DNA of 63,930 nucleotides, the filler included, from an uncultured bacterium (GTDB lineage Bacteria; Auribacterota; CAZIXI01), in NCBI GenBank assembly GCA_964543115.1. It is 8 parts of 8 records of this genome, joined end to end, with 100 filler letters (N's around TTAATTAATTAA, not from the genome) between each part and the next. Parts side by side here need not be neighbours in the genome. Positions count along the whole stretch, not along the records: positions 24,307 to 32,237 come from CAZIXI010000162.1; positions 32,338 to 40,265 come from CAZIXI010000163.1; 6 more parts are not named here. One strand, given 5' to 3'. A model generated the notes under the pieces. The model made no database searches. It was not told the DNA's origin and was given only the letters and a program-made list of their open reading frames with translations. Made by a program: the position numbers and the translations under genes. Each line of letters starts with the position of its first letter. Within the stretch, counting starts at the first letter, position 1. This document shows positions 27,899 to 37,947 of this stretch, piece by piece.

Positions 27899-29330
27899 TA
27901 CATTAACCAGAAAAAAAGAAGAATTAAAAACTATTGAGCCGGGCAAACTGAAGATGTATGTTTGCGGCCCAACGGTGTATGATTACTGTCATCTTGGCCA
28001 CGGCCGGGCCTATGTTTCGTTTGATATAATTTACCGGTATATGAAATATCAGGGTTATGAGATTAATTACGTGCGCAATATAACAGATATTGATGATAAG
28101 ATAATTGCCCGGGCCAATGAAATGGATCTGCCCGGAAAAAGTCTTAAAGAAAAAGTAAAGCAGTTAACGGGAAAGTATATTAAAGAGTTCCTGACGGATA
28201 TGGCAGCACTTAATATCCAGCCGCCAACCACGGAACCGCGGGCGACAGAATATATTCCAAAGATGATTGTTCTTATTGAGAAGCTCATCGAGAAAGGCTA
28301 CGCCTATGCGGTTGGTGGTGATGTATATTACGCAGTTGAAAAATACAAAGATTACGGCTGCCTTTCCGGCCGCCAGCTGGAAGAATTGCAGGCCGGAGCA
28401 CGGGTAGAGCCGGACAAAAAGAAGAAGAATCCACTGGATTTTGCCTTGTGGAAAGAAGCCAAACCGCAGGAACCTGCCTGGGACAGTCCCTGGGGACAGG
28501 GCCGCCCCGGCTGGCACATGGAATGTTCAGCCATGAGTTTATCTCTGTTAGGGGCAGAGTTTGATCTGCATGGTGGTGGCCAGGACCTTATTTTTCCGCA
28601 TCATGAAAATGAGATCGCCCAGTCATATGGCTGTAACGGCAAACAACCGGTACATTATTGGGTACATAATGGCTTTGTCACTATTAACCGGCAGAAAATG
28701 TCCAAATCCTTGGGCAACTTTTTTACCTTAAAAGAAATCCTGGCCAAATACCGGCCGGCAGAAGTACGGCTCTTTTTACTAACCCAGCATTACCGCAGTC
28801 CGATAGATTTTAGTGATCAGCTGTTGGAGGAAGCCAGAACAGCGCTGGAGCGGATAGAAGACTGCCTGCTGCGGGCAAAGACCTGTAAATCAGAGCCAAA
28901 TAAACAGGAGCTGCAGGAATTAAGGGGTAAATTCTGCCAGGTAATGGACGATGATTTTAATGCTCCCCAGGCCTTGGCATTGGTTTTTGATCTGGTGCGG
29001 GAAACAAATAATCTTTTGCTGAAGGAAAAAGATATCTCGGCTATTTCAACTTCGGTAGCGGCAATTAAGGAGTTCCTGGAAGTATTAGGGATAGAGTATC
29101 GTCTGGCAACTGTTTTAGATGTGAAAAATGAAGAGGCCAGTGAAATTCCCCTGGAAGAATATCTGGCGCTGAAAGAGCTGACAGAGGAGCAGGTAAAAGC
29201 ATTAGTTGCCTGCCGCCTGTTTTTAAAGAAACAAAAAAAATGGCCGTTAGCGGATAAGGTCAGGGATCATCTTATTGCTAAAGGGTACAGCTTACGGGAT
29301 AAATCAACGGGAACGGAATGTATAAAATGA
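27885..29330 (+). CDS. cysS: Cysteine--tRNA ligase
   Basis: YVCGPTVYDYCHLGHGR, GRPGWHMECSAM, KMSKS. Confidence 0.97.
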   Translation: MYVYNTLTRKKEELKTIEPGKLKMYVCGPTVYDYCHLGHGRAYVSFDIIYRYMKYQGYEINYVRNITDIDDKIIARANEMDLPGKSLKEKVKQLTGKYIKEFLTDMAALNIQPPTTEPRATEYIPKMIVLIEKLIEKGYAYAVGGDVYYAVEKYKDYGCLSGRQLEELQAGARVEPDKKKKNPLDFALWKEAKPQEPAWDSPWGQGRPGWHMECSAMSLSLLGAEFDLHGGGQDLIFPHHENEIAQSYGCNGKQPVHYWVHNGFVTINRQKMSKSLGNFFTLKEILAKYRPAEVRLFLLTQHYRSPIDFSDQLLEEARTALERIEDCLLRAKTCKSEPNKQELQELRGKFCQVMDDDFNAPQALALVFDLVRETNNLLLKEKDISAISTSVAAIKEFLEVLGIEYRLATVLDVKNEEASEIPLEEYLALKELTEEQVKALVACRLFLKKQKKWPLADKVRDHLIAKGYSLRDKSTGTECIK

Positions 29331-29953
29331 CCGGCAAATTTATTACTTTAGAAGGAGCTGAAGGAACAGGCAAGAGCCTGCATTCGAAAATGCTTTGCCG
29401 GTATTTAAGGTCTCGGGGTTATCAGGTGTTGCATACGTTGGAGCCGGGCAGCACAAAAGTAGGCAAGGCGATCAGGAATATTTTACTGAATCCAAAATAT
29501 AAGGGTTTGGGTGAATTGTCAGAGTTGTTTTTGTATTTAGCTGACCGCAACCAGCACGTAAACGAAGTTATCCTTCCGGCCTTGCGGCAGGGGAAGATCG
29601 TTGTTTGCGACCGTTATCTGGATGCCACAGTTGCCTATCAAGGATACGGCCGAAAGATATCATTACCATTGATTAATCAGTTGAATAAGCTGGCAACCAA
29701 AGGTCTAAAACCTGATCTAACAGTAATTATGGATGTGCCAATAAAGCTTGGCCTAAAGCGGGCAATAAAAATTGGTCCTTACAAGGGTGACCGCATGGAA
29801 AGAGAAAAGTATGCCTTTCATCAGCGGGTGAAGAGCGGTTATCGTAAGATTGCCAATAAAGAACCAAAACGCGTTAAAATCCTCAGTACAACCAAACCCA
29901 TCAAGCAGGTCCAAACCCAACTGCGGTTCTTAGTCAACACCATTCTCCGCTAA
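29327..29953 (+). CDS. tmk: Thymidylate kinase
   Basis: FITLEGAEGTGKS, CDRYLDATVAYQG; ATGA overlap with cysS. Confidence 0.95.
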   Translation: MTGKFITLEGAEGTGKSLHSKMLCRYLRSRGYQVLHTLEPGSTKVGKAIRNILLNPKYKGLGELSELFLYLADRNQHVNEVILPALRQGKIVVCDRYLDATVAYQGYGRKISLPLINQLNKLATKGLKPDLTVIMDVPIKLGLKRAIKIGPYKGDRMEREKYAFHQRVKSGYRKIANKEPKRVKILSTTKPIKQVQTQLRFLVNTILR

Positions 29954-30128
29954 GAAGAGAAAACCTCTTAAAATGCTAAGGGTTTAGTGGGAGATTTTAT
30001 ATTGACAAATAGTGACTGATACGCGTTATGTAAAAAAATTCCCTGGCTATTGACAGCGGCTGAATATGTGCTATATATATAATGTAACTAGAAAAGACCC
30101 GAATAGTAGAGTAATGATACAGCTTTGA

Positions 30129-30256
30129 TAAAGGCAACCTCGATGCTGGTTATTGCAGGGGGCGCAAAGTTCCGGTCCCGGCGTAAAGCCGGGAGGCCGA
30201 ACTACCAAAGTGGAATCCTCACCTAGAGGATTGCTTTAGCAGTTCGGCCTTTTTTT
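30129..30256 (+). ncRNA. c-di-GMP-I (GEMM) riboswitch with overlapping intrinsic terminator
   Basis: AAAGGCAACC-stem-GGGGCGCAAAGTTCCGGTCCCGGCGTAAAGCCGGGAGGCCGAACTACC; terminator AGGCCGAACT/AGTTCGGCCT plus T run. Confidence 0.82.
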
Positions 30257-30283
30257 GTGATCTTGATAAAAACTGGGGGGCTC

Positions 30284-32237
30284 ATGTGCACAAAGAGCAG
30301 ATACTCTAAGTGTATTTCTATTGCTATCTTAATAAGTTTTTTACTTCAACAAGCAGTATTAGCCAATCCGCAGATTGATTGTGATACACTTGCCAACCGG
30401 AGTGCTTTCCAGGACGAAAAATTCCTGGAGCTATTATCAGCCGCCCGGAATGAAGCTGACGAGGGTGAGCCTGGCCCGGGCAATATTGCCCACGGCGAGA
30501 TCCCCCGCGAATACGAGGAACAATTACACGCCCAGTTTGCTGATCAGTTTGATTCAGAAAATAATGTAACAGCCGAATACGATGACCAAATACCGGCCTA
30601 TAAACAGCAGTTAAAGCAAATAATTGGTTCAGTAGAAATCGAAGCGGATTTACGTGCGGATTTAATAACGTTACTGGATGATTCCCGCCTACAGCTTTTC
30701 TTTTTTAAACCCCGCTATGGATTGGAGAGATTCAAGTTTGTTATTGAGACAGATACCGGGCGGGAAGTAGTCTTTGAAGCGGAAGCGCATTTTGGTTATG
30801 GCGGCGCGGAACGAGGCCATGCCCAGCGCAATGTTTATCTAGCCAGTCCCAGCTTTGCCAGTCACCCGCCGGCGGAAAAACTGGCGGTAATTGTTCATGA
30901 ACTGGTACATTTATTGAAAGGGAAAACAGATGCCGCCCACCAACAGGGAATAGATCTGGGCCGAGCAATAATTAAAAAGTATGATGAAGAGAATTATGAT
31001 TTAGCTGCCGCAGAAGAGAAGGTAAAAGAATATCTTAATTTAAAGGAAGATCTTTTTCAGGCGGTGGATGAAGGAGGGCAGGAACAGGCCCTGGCTGTTT
31101 ATGACCAATGGGCAAGGGTAATTGAAGAGATTAATGATCTGGGTGATATATCACCAGGTTCTTTAGGTGGAATAATCTTTGATACGATTCAGGATCAGGT
31201 AGGTCCGGCATTGGCCGGCATTCTTGGAGAAATAACAAAGGTCCGCGGTGATGTTAATGCCCGGGGAATAATCGTGGACTTGATTACGCAGAGGTGCGGG
31301 ATCAGAGCAACTTTGGCCTGGCTGGTGTTTGATACGATTAACCAAATGCCGCTAGAGGAAGAACCGCGAATAGAAGACGTGTTTGAGAGACTGTTACACA
31401 TGTCAATATCACTGGGAAGAGAGCTGAAACGGCTGGGAGAGCGGGAATTCCCGGCATTTTTCAACGATTTACGTGATAGTGTAGTGGATGAAGTGGTTAC
31501 CGCCTTGTATGACGATCACGCGCCGCGTGAACATTGGCGCAATGAAATTCTTAAAAGTATTAACACGTATCATATTAGTAATGTTTTGCCGCGGGAGATG
31601 CTAACTGTCGCCCATTTCGATAAAAAATCAAAAGAAATAGTCCTCTCTTCCCTCCGCTTTTTGAACCGGACAGTTGCCCAGGCCTTTGGGGCCTATGATC
31701 CGCAGTTAGGTAAACTGTTCTTTAATGTTAACTACAACACCGCGGAAGCCCGTTCAACCATCAAACACGAATTAGTCCATTATCTGGCGGAGCGGGGAGA
31801 AATAAGGATTAATAGGGAATGGGAACACACTACTAACGCCATTACCTTGGCCGATATTGTTTTACATGCCGGGGTAGAAGATTTAGGGATATTTCAGCAT
31901 AAATTCGGCCCTTGTGTGAAAGAGCTTTACCAGCGGGGAAAAACAATAGTGCAGCAGGGGAAATCTGCAGTGCATATCGCTCCGCAAATGGTTGAAGGTG
32001 CGGCCTATTTTTCAATTGATCTTTTGGTGATGGAGGCAATAGATGTGCATGAAGAATCGGGATTGCCGACAGACGCTCTCAGGCGTTATCTTAATTATAG
32101 TAAGCGTAAACCCGTAAAGCCTTTTGAAATAGAACAGGCGCAACGCGATACCTATGAAGCCCAGCGGGTAGCGGGTTTAATTATGGGGGGGATAATGGTA
32201 GCGGAAAAGCAAAAAACCGGCAAGGATCCCTTACGGA
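30284..32237 (+). CDS. Large exported hypothetical protein with two HExxH zincin motifs (3' incomplete)
   Basis: Signal-like IAILISFLLQQAVLA; IVHELVH and IKHELVH. Confidence 0.75.
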
Positions 32238-32337
32238 NNNNNNNNNNNNNNNNNNNNNNNNNNNNNNNNNNNNNNNNNNNNTTAATTAATTAANNNNNNN
32301 NNNNNNNNNNNNNNNNNNNNNNNNNNNNNNNNNNNNN
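32238..32337. other. Artificial scaffold linker
   Basis: N-TTAATTAATTAA-N, 100 nt. Confidence 0.98.
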
Positions 32338-32356
32338 ATGACCTTTTTAATGCTCT

Positions 32357-32983
32357 TCATACGGCGCCGAACTCTTCCTTATACATATAATACCTCGTCC
32401 AATAGGCGGAAACCACACCAATAAACGCGCCGAATAACACATCGCTGGGATAATGGGCGGTAACCATAAACCTGCTCGCTCCTACACAGGCGGCAAAGGC
32501 AAAGAATAAATAGCGGTAACGCCGGAATGAGAGGGCCAGTGCGATCATTAAGGAAAATATCCGCAAGGTATGGCCGGAGGGCGTAGAAAGCATTTCCCAT
32601 TTTTTAGCGAAAAAATGAAAGCCGTACTGACCATGTTCAAACAGCATCACCGGCCGGTAACGGCCCAGCAGGTATTTCAGACAATCACCAAGTGTCTTAG
32701 CAACAATCAAACTCAGACAAATATAGAGCAGTGTTTTTGTCCATTTGCTCCTCCCCTTGAGGGAATCATGAACGGCAACAATAAACAGGCAGAGCACGCT
32801 CGCGGTCAGGGTCTGCCTGGATTTGGCGAACATTGACAGAAAACTTCCCAAACCGAAAACCCAGGTATCCCGCAGCGAATGAACCCACAAATCCACCGGC
32901 CGGTCAACAAAGAGAAACAAAATGACGTAGAGAATTAAACACACTACAAACCAGAACAAGGTTTTCTTTAAAATCATATTCAT
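32357..32983 (-). CDS. PAP2-family membrane phosphatase
   Basis: KYLLGRYRP, PSGH, SRFMVTAHYPSDV. Confidence 0.9.
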   Translation of the reverse strand: MNMILKKTLFWFVVCLILYVILFLFVDRPVDLWVHSLRDTWVFGLGSFLSMFAKSRQTLTASVLCLFIVAVHDSLKGRSKWTKTLLYICLSLIVAKTLGDCLKYLLGRYRPVMLFEHGQYGFHFFAKKWEMLSTPSGHTLRIFSLMIALALSFRRYRYLFFAFAACVGASRFMVTAHYPSDVLFGAFIGVVSAYWTRYYMYKEEFGAV

Positions 32984-33012
32984 ACAGACAATATCAGGAG
33001 CATTATACTTAG

Positions 33013-33501
33013 CTAACCGGCTCCTCCTCCTTTCGCGCTAACAACCATTATAATCAAATAAACAAGCGGCACGAGAACTGCCGCACTGACAAATATTTCC
33101 TGGACGATGAAACCCGGCGTAAATCCGCCATGGTGCCATTCGGCGTCATGACCGAAATCAAATATGTACGCGCTAAAGAGAACCAGCGGCAAAACAATCA
33201 TTCCTGCCGGCAGGGCCCAGATATTGCCGCAGAGCAAAAAGCCGTAGAAGATGAAATAGGCTATACCCACCAGAAAATACAAAAGCGGCAGCGCCCTGAT
33301 AGCCGCCCAGGTCTCCCTGCTGTATCCGCCCTTTGGTATAGCAATAAGGAAATTGGCCAATTTACTCTTTTGCCACAACGGCAACTCCCACATCGGTTTA
33401 TTATTAATTTTAAAATACATTACAATAAAAGGGAAAAATCCGGCAATAACCACCAGGCTTAACATACCGAGCCATATTTTTAACCACAACGGATAAGTCA
33501 C
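33013..33501 (-). CDS. Hypothetical membrane protein (about 4 TM)
   Basis: Hydrophobic segments; operon-like spacing with neighbours. Confidence 0.7.
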   Translation of the reverse strand: MTYPLWLKIWLGMLSLVVIAGFFPFIVMYFKINNKPMWELPLWQKSKLANFLIAIPKGGYSRETWAAIRALPLLYFLVGIAYFIFYGFLLCGNIWALPAGMIVLPLVLFSAYIFDFGHDAEWHHGGFTPGFIVQEIFVSAAVLVPLVYLIIMVVSAKGGGAG

Positions 33502-33516
33502 AGTTCACCTTCCCTG

Positions 33517-34845
33517 CTATAGCAGCCACTTCCATAAAGGGATAAACTCTATCTGTTTTCCCTGTATTTCCTCTCTTCCTTCATAATCTTCAGTAATTAT
33601 TAATCCCTTAGCCATTTTGAGTTCAGTCATAGCCAGAAGCAGGGCATTAACTTCTCTATCCCTGGTTTTGCTGCTATTCAATTGCCAACATACCTGGATA
33701 AGCTCTTTAACCTGAAGGCCTTCCTTGACGACGAAATCTACCTCCCGATGCCGAATATCCTTCCAATAGTGAAGCTCTAAATTTAAGTTTTTGGCTTTTT
33801 TCCTGAGCAGTTCCAAAAACACAATATTTTCGGCTACTCTTCCCCAATTCTGGGCAAATCTGAAACCAATGGTATTTGCCAGCCCGGTATCTATCGCGTA
33901 TACCTTCCTTGGACTTTTTTCCTGTTCCTTAACCTTAAAGGAAAATCTTTTGACGAAAAAAATAAGATAGCTTGCCTCAAAATAACCAGAGTATTTCTCT
34001 ACCGTATCAGTCGCGATGCCCAGTTGTTTCCCCAGAGAACTGAAAGTTATCAAATTTGAAACATTACTCAGATAATATTTAGCTAAACTTTTTAGCTTTT
34101 CGCTTTTTCTGATACGGTACTTTCTTACAATATCTTTATTTAATATGTCCTCAAAGTACATCAGCTGGAGCTCTTTCTTTTGAGAAGATAAGACAACTTC
34201 AGGAAAAGCGCCAAATTCAAGATATTCTCGCAACAGACCTTTAATGAGGATTCTTTTATCGATAAGATCAGCTTCATCTTTAATCGTCAGCTGTTTAAAA
34301 TTTAAAAATTCCCTAAAGGAAAGCGGTAATATTTCCAGGTCCAGATGCCGGCCGGTAACCAAAGTTGCCAGTTCTCTACTCAATAATCTGGCATTAGATC
34401 CCGAAATAATAATTCGAGCTTTATTCAGTTCCTGCATAGTGTTTGCCCATTTTTCCCATTTATCAACTTCCTGCACTTCATCCAGGAAAATAAAGGGCTT
34501 TTTAACTTCTCCCAGAAATTCCAAATAAGTTTCATAAATCTCTTTGAGAAGTTGAGTGGTTAGTCCGGTAAATCTTGGATCTTCAAAATTAACTATCAAT
34601 ATCTCCTCTTTTTTATGTCCGTTTACCATCAAGTCTTTTGCTAACTGCTTCATTATAATAGATTTACCACTTCTCCGGGCACCGGTTATTACTAAAATTT
34701 GATTGCTCCCAGTCAAATAATCACGGAGTTTGTTTACATAGGTATCCCGCAAAATCCCTGTATAAACATCTCTATTCCAAAAATTCCAATCATTTAATAT
34801 GGAAAACAGTTCATTTTTGTCCACTTTAACACTCCTATTCGACAT
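33517..34845 (-). CDS. AAA_14/DUF4143 ATP-binding protein
   Basis: GARRSGKS, FLDEVQ, ISGSN, PRKVYAIDTG, EVDFVV. Confidence 0.9.
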   Translation of the reverse strand: MSNRSVKVDKNELFSILNDWNFWNRDVYTGILRDTYVNKLRDYLTGSNQILVITGARRSGKSIIMKQLAKDLMVNGHKKEEILIVNFEDPRFTGLTTQLLKEIYETYLEFLGEVKKPFIFLDEVQEVDKWEKWANTMQELNKARIIISGSNARLLSRELATLVTGRHLDLEILPLSFREFLNFKQLTIKDEADLIDKRILIKGLLREYLEFGAFPEVVLSSQKKELQLMYFEDILNKDIVRKYRIRKSEKLKSLAKYYLSNVSNLITFSSLGKQLGIATDTVEKYSGYFEASYLIFFVKRFSFKVKEQEKSPRKVYAIDTGLANTIGFRFAQNWGRVAENIVFLELLRKKAKNLNLELHYWKDIRHREVDFVVKEGLQVKELIQVCWQLNSSKTRDREVNALLLAMTELKMAKGLIITEDYEGREEIQGKQIEFIPLWKWLL

Positions 34846-34863
34846 AATTGATCAATTTTGTCT

Positions 34864-34892
34864 ATTATAACAAGTCCTGTTGCCTATGTCAA
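34864..34892 (-). promoter_or_regulatory. Consensus sigma70 promoter
   Basis: TTGACA-17 nt-TATAAT, 18 nt upstream of the ATPase start. Confidence 0.75.
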
Positions 34893-34917
34893 GCAAAATC
34901 CTGCTGATAAGTAATTT

Positions 34918-36537
34918 CTAGAGGTTTTTTGGTTTATAGAATATAATCGTTTTCCCTGCTTGCGATAATTGCTGCTTATTTTGGATAACTACCACCATGA
35001 TTGTATCGTCATCGTAGATAAGTTTCACGGCATCAGATAAATAAGCGCTTGTGTAGGATTTCAAGGCATTATGCTCATCCATAATAAATATTGTACTGTT
35101 TTCAGGCAAGGCCGGGTATTCTTCCTTCAATTCCTGCAAGATTCCTTTTGTGACCGCGGCCTTTACCTTAAACTTTCTGTTATCCATTATAATATACGGG
35201 ATTATCGCAATCAGGGAAAAAAGCAGTATGTTTTTTAGTGCCCGTTGGGCCAATTTATTATCCTGTCGGTAAAACCGCACCATTAGACAATCAAGCATTA
35301 CCCCTAAAGATATTGAACTGCCGAAGAGCGGCAGATAATAATACTGCCCGGCGGTATGCGGCAGGGCCAGAACAGGTAAAACAGCACAGATAAAGAAACA
35401 TACCCCAAAAACAATTAACCCGCGAGATTCCTTCGGAATCGTCACCTTCTTTATCCTCTGAATATAAGCCAGCATTAACCAGAACGGCACAAGCGACCAG
35501 ATCAGGGTTTCCTTAATATATTCTATTAAATTACTTAATATATTTTTTCCCAAAGAATACGTATATGTGGCTTCACCAATAACCGGCATGCGGGCGCCCA
35601 CGTAATATCTAATGACAAAATAAACACAGCCCAGCCCGGCAAATAGCAGCAAGATCTTTAAATAGTCGGCAATAGCGCCGCGTACACCAGAACCTCCCCC
35701 TTTTACAATTTTGTACACAATCAATAAAAGTGGTAATACTACAGCACTTTCCTTAGACAACAGTGCCGCCAACCAGAGGAGACATGTCAAAAATAAATAG
35801 CGTCCCTTTCTCCCATACTCTTCCCAGGTAACATAGCAATTCAGGGCCAGCAGCATAAAAAGTGCCGCTAGGGAATCATTCCGGGCAGAGATCCAACTCA
35901 CGGTAAGGTGATAACTGTCAAAATTCAATAGATACACGAACAAGGAGAAGAATGCCGCTCGTTTCGACTTGGTTATCCTAAATACTAAATAATAGAAAAG
36001 ACACAGGCTGGATACATGCAACAGCAGGTTAGTCAGGTTATAACCAAAGGGATTGGTGCCAAACATTTTATAATTTAGCAGGAAAGAAAGTAAAAATACG
36101 GGTTTATAGAAAACCCCGAAAGGAAAAGGAGAAGTAAAGAGTGAAAACACACCGTTAAGGCTATCGATTGATCTTATCCGGTTAATAAAAAAGAAATCAT
36201 CCAGGAAAAAGTAATTACTCAACTGCGAATAGAAAAACAGAAATGAAAAAACGGCAATGAAAATAAAGCAGGAAAGGTTACTGAACCTGCCCTGAATGAT
36301 TTTTTCCAGGATAAGACTGTTTTTATGCCGGCCCTTATCTTCACAGCAACCGTTTAACACCTCCCGGCTGATGAATGCCAAAAACAATATGCCGTAAAAT
36401 ACATTCAAATGATGAGTGCGGAGTTCTAGGCACCCCAGCCGCAGAGAGAATGTCCCCCAAAGAGCTATGGAAGAAAGGGCAAGCAGGGCAAACAAGATAA
36501 CGCCCCACAACACAAATTTAAGAATATTTTTCGCCAC
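34918..36537 (-). CDS. GT-C-fold membrane glycosyltransferase-like protein
   Basis: FFLDDFFFI, FYKPVF, YNLTNLLLH, SWISARND, ALLSKESAV; multiple TM segments. Confidence 0.75.
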   Translation of the reverse strand: MAKNILKFVLWGVILFALLALSSIALWGTFSLRLGCLELRTHHLNVFYGILFLAFISREVLNGCCEDKGRHKNSLILEKIIQGRFSNLSCFIFIAVFSFLFFYSQLSNYFFLDDFFFINRIRSIDSLNGVFSLFTSPFPFGVFYKPVFLLSFLLNYKMFGTNPFGYNLTNLLLHVSSLCLFYYLVFRITKSKRAAFFSLFVYLLNFDSYHLTVSWISARNDSLAALFMLLALNCYVTWEEYGRKGRYLFLTCLLWLAALLSKESAVVLPLLLIVYKIVKGGGSGVRGAIADYLKILLLFAGLGCVYFVIRYYVGARMPVIGEATYTYSLGKNILSNLIEYIKETLIWSLVPFWLMLAYIQRIKKVTIPKESRGLIVFGVCFFICAVLPVLALPHTAGQYYYLPLFGSSISLGVMLDCLMVRFYRQDNKLAQRALKNILLFSLIAIIPYIIMDNRKFKVKAAVTKGILQELKEEYPALPENSTIFIMDEHNALKSYTSAYLSDAVKLIYDDDTIMVVVIQNKQQLSQAGKTIIFYKPKNL

Positions 36538-36767
36538 AACTATAATTCTCCAAATATTACGTTAACTGAGAGTATGAAATATGTAAATATTTTACTATTT
36601 GAATACACTATTAGGCAATTCAATAATCGAAAATTTATCAGGGCAGGCAATAAGCCTTCTTTCCTCTTGACTTAAAGGGGGAAATAGACAAAAATACATG
36701 CTTTGTCGCAGGCGCTTCTTCTCTGGCCCTGCTGTAGACAATAAATAATCAGTAACCGGAATAAACC

Positions 36768-37421
36768 ATGTATAAACAGATTGAACGTGATTTCTATACC
36801 AAACAGCTGTTTTCACGCAATCCCCTGCGGCGGTGGTTCCACCATTCCCGCTACCAGATTGCCAATAACCTGGTTAAGGAAAGGTTCCTGCCGCCAATGA
36901 AGATAGTTGATCTGGGCTGCGGCAGCTGTAACTGGAACATCGACAAGATTCCCCTGACCGGTATTGACCTTAATGATGATTTAATGTCGGTTGGCAAATC
37001 AAGGGGAAGGATAGCTGATGCCCTCGTTATCTCAGCAGACGCTACCTGCCTGCCGGATGAAAGTTTTGATATCGTTACAGCTTTCGAATTCCTGGAACAT
37101 TCAACCGACTATCAGGCAGTAATCGCAGAAATCTTTCGTATACTTAAACCCGGGGGGCACATTATCGTCTCCGTGCCCTATGACACAATCTTAAGCCTTT
37201 GGCGGCCGCTTTTTTTTCTGCAGGTAATCTATCAGGGCTACTTGAGGGGAAAAGCATACTACCGCCGGCGCTGCGGACATATAAATCATTTTAACCCGCA
37301 AACCTTACAACAAACCTTTAGAAATAACGGCTTTGAAATAATTGAGGTTTATTCTCACTACCGCTTCAATATCTTCCTAACCGCCAGAAAACCTAGAGCG
37401 ATTGAAGATAAGCCAAAATAG
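36768..37421 (+). CDS. Class I SAM-dependent methyltransferase
   Basis: VDLGCGS, FDIVTAFEFLEH, RILKPGG, GHINHF. Confidence 0.88.
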   Translation: MYKQIERDFYTKQLFSRNPLRRWFHHSRYQIANNLVKERFLPPMKIVDLGCGSCNWNIDKIPLTGIDLNDDLMSVGKSRGRIADALVISADATCLPDESFDIVTAFEFLEHSTDYQAVIAEIFRILKPGGHIIVSVPYDTILSLWRPLFFLQVIYQGYLRGKAYYRRRCGHINHFNPQTLQQTFRNNGFEIIEVYSHYRFNIFLTARKPRAIEDKPK

Positions 37422-37947
37422 GTTTTCCGCCCACATACAATTCTTCAACAGCCGCCCGGCCGGATTTGACCCTGACCGTGATATAGGCATTACGTTTATC
37501 ACCCCGGCTCCGGCGCCTGTAGGCGCGTTCGGCCTCCGGGGCCAGTCCTTCTTCCAGATAATAACGGGTAAAGGGCATCCGCAGGTATACCTTGTTGGCG
37601 GATACTCTTTTCACCTTAACCCGGATATAATTATTCCCTGCCGGCCGTTTCTTTGTTAATGCCGTTATCTTAGCGTACCCTTCCGGATCGTTTTCCAACA
37701 AAACATAAACCGTTTGCCAGGATCTTAATTCCATCCCCCGCGGTTTTGGCAGGCTATCCTCTTCAATCCTCAGGGCGACATATCTTCCCCGAAAGGCGTC
37801 ATAGGGGTCCACCGGGGCGGTACGGAACCGGTACTGCTGCCCTGAGCGCAGCAGGTCCTCCTGCCGCATGATCATTGATAAAGGAACCGCGATTTGAATC
37901 AGCGCCAGCAGGCAAAAAAGAGGGAAAATATGTTTTGGTTTTATCAT
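37393..37947 (-). CDS. GDYXXLXY-domain membrane-anchored protein
   Basis: PVDPYDAFRGRYVAL; ATGA overlap with the upstream gene. Confidence 0.85.
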   Translation of the reverse strand: MIKPKHIFPLFCLLALIQIAVPLSMIMRQEDLLRSGQQYRFRTAPVDPYDAFRGRYVALRIEEDSLPKPRGMELRSWQTVYVLLENDPEGYAKITALTKKRPAGNNYIRVKVKRVSANKVYLRMPFTRYYLEEGLAPEAERAYRRRSRGDKRNAYITVRVKSGRAAVEELYVGGKPILAYLQSL

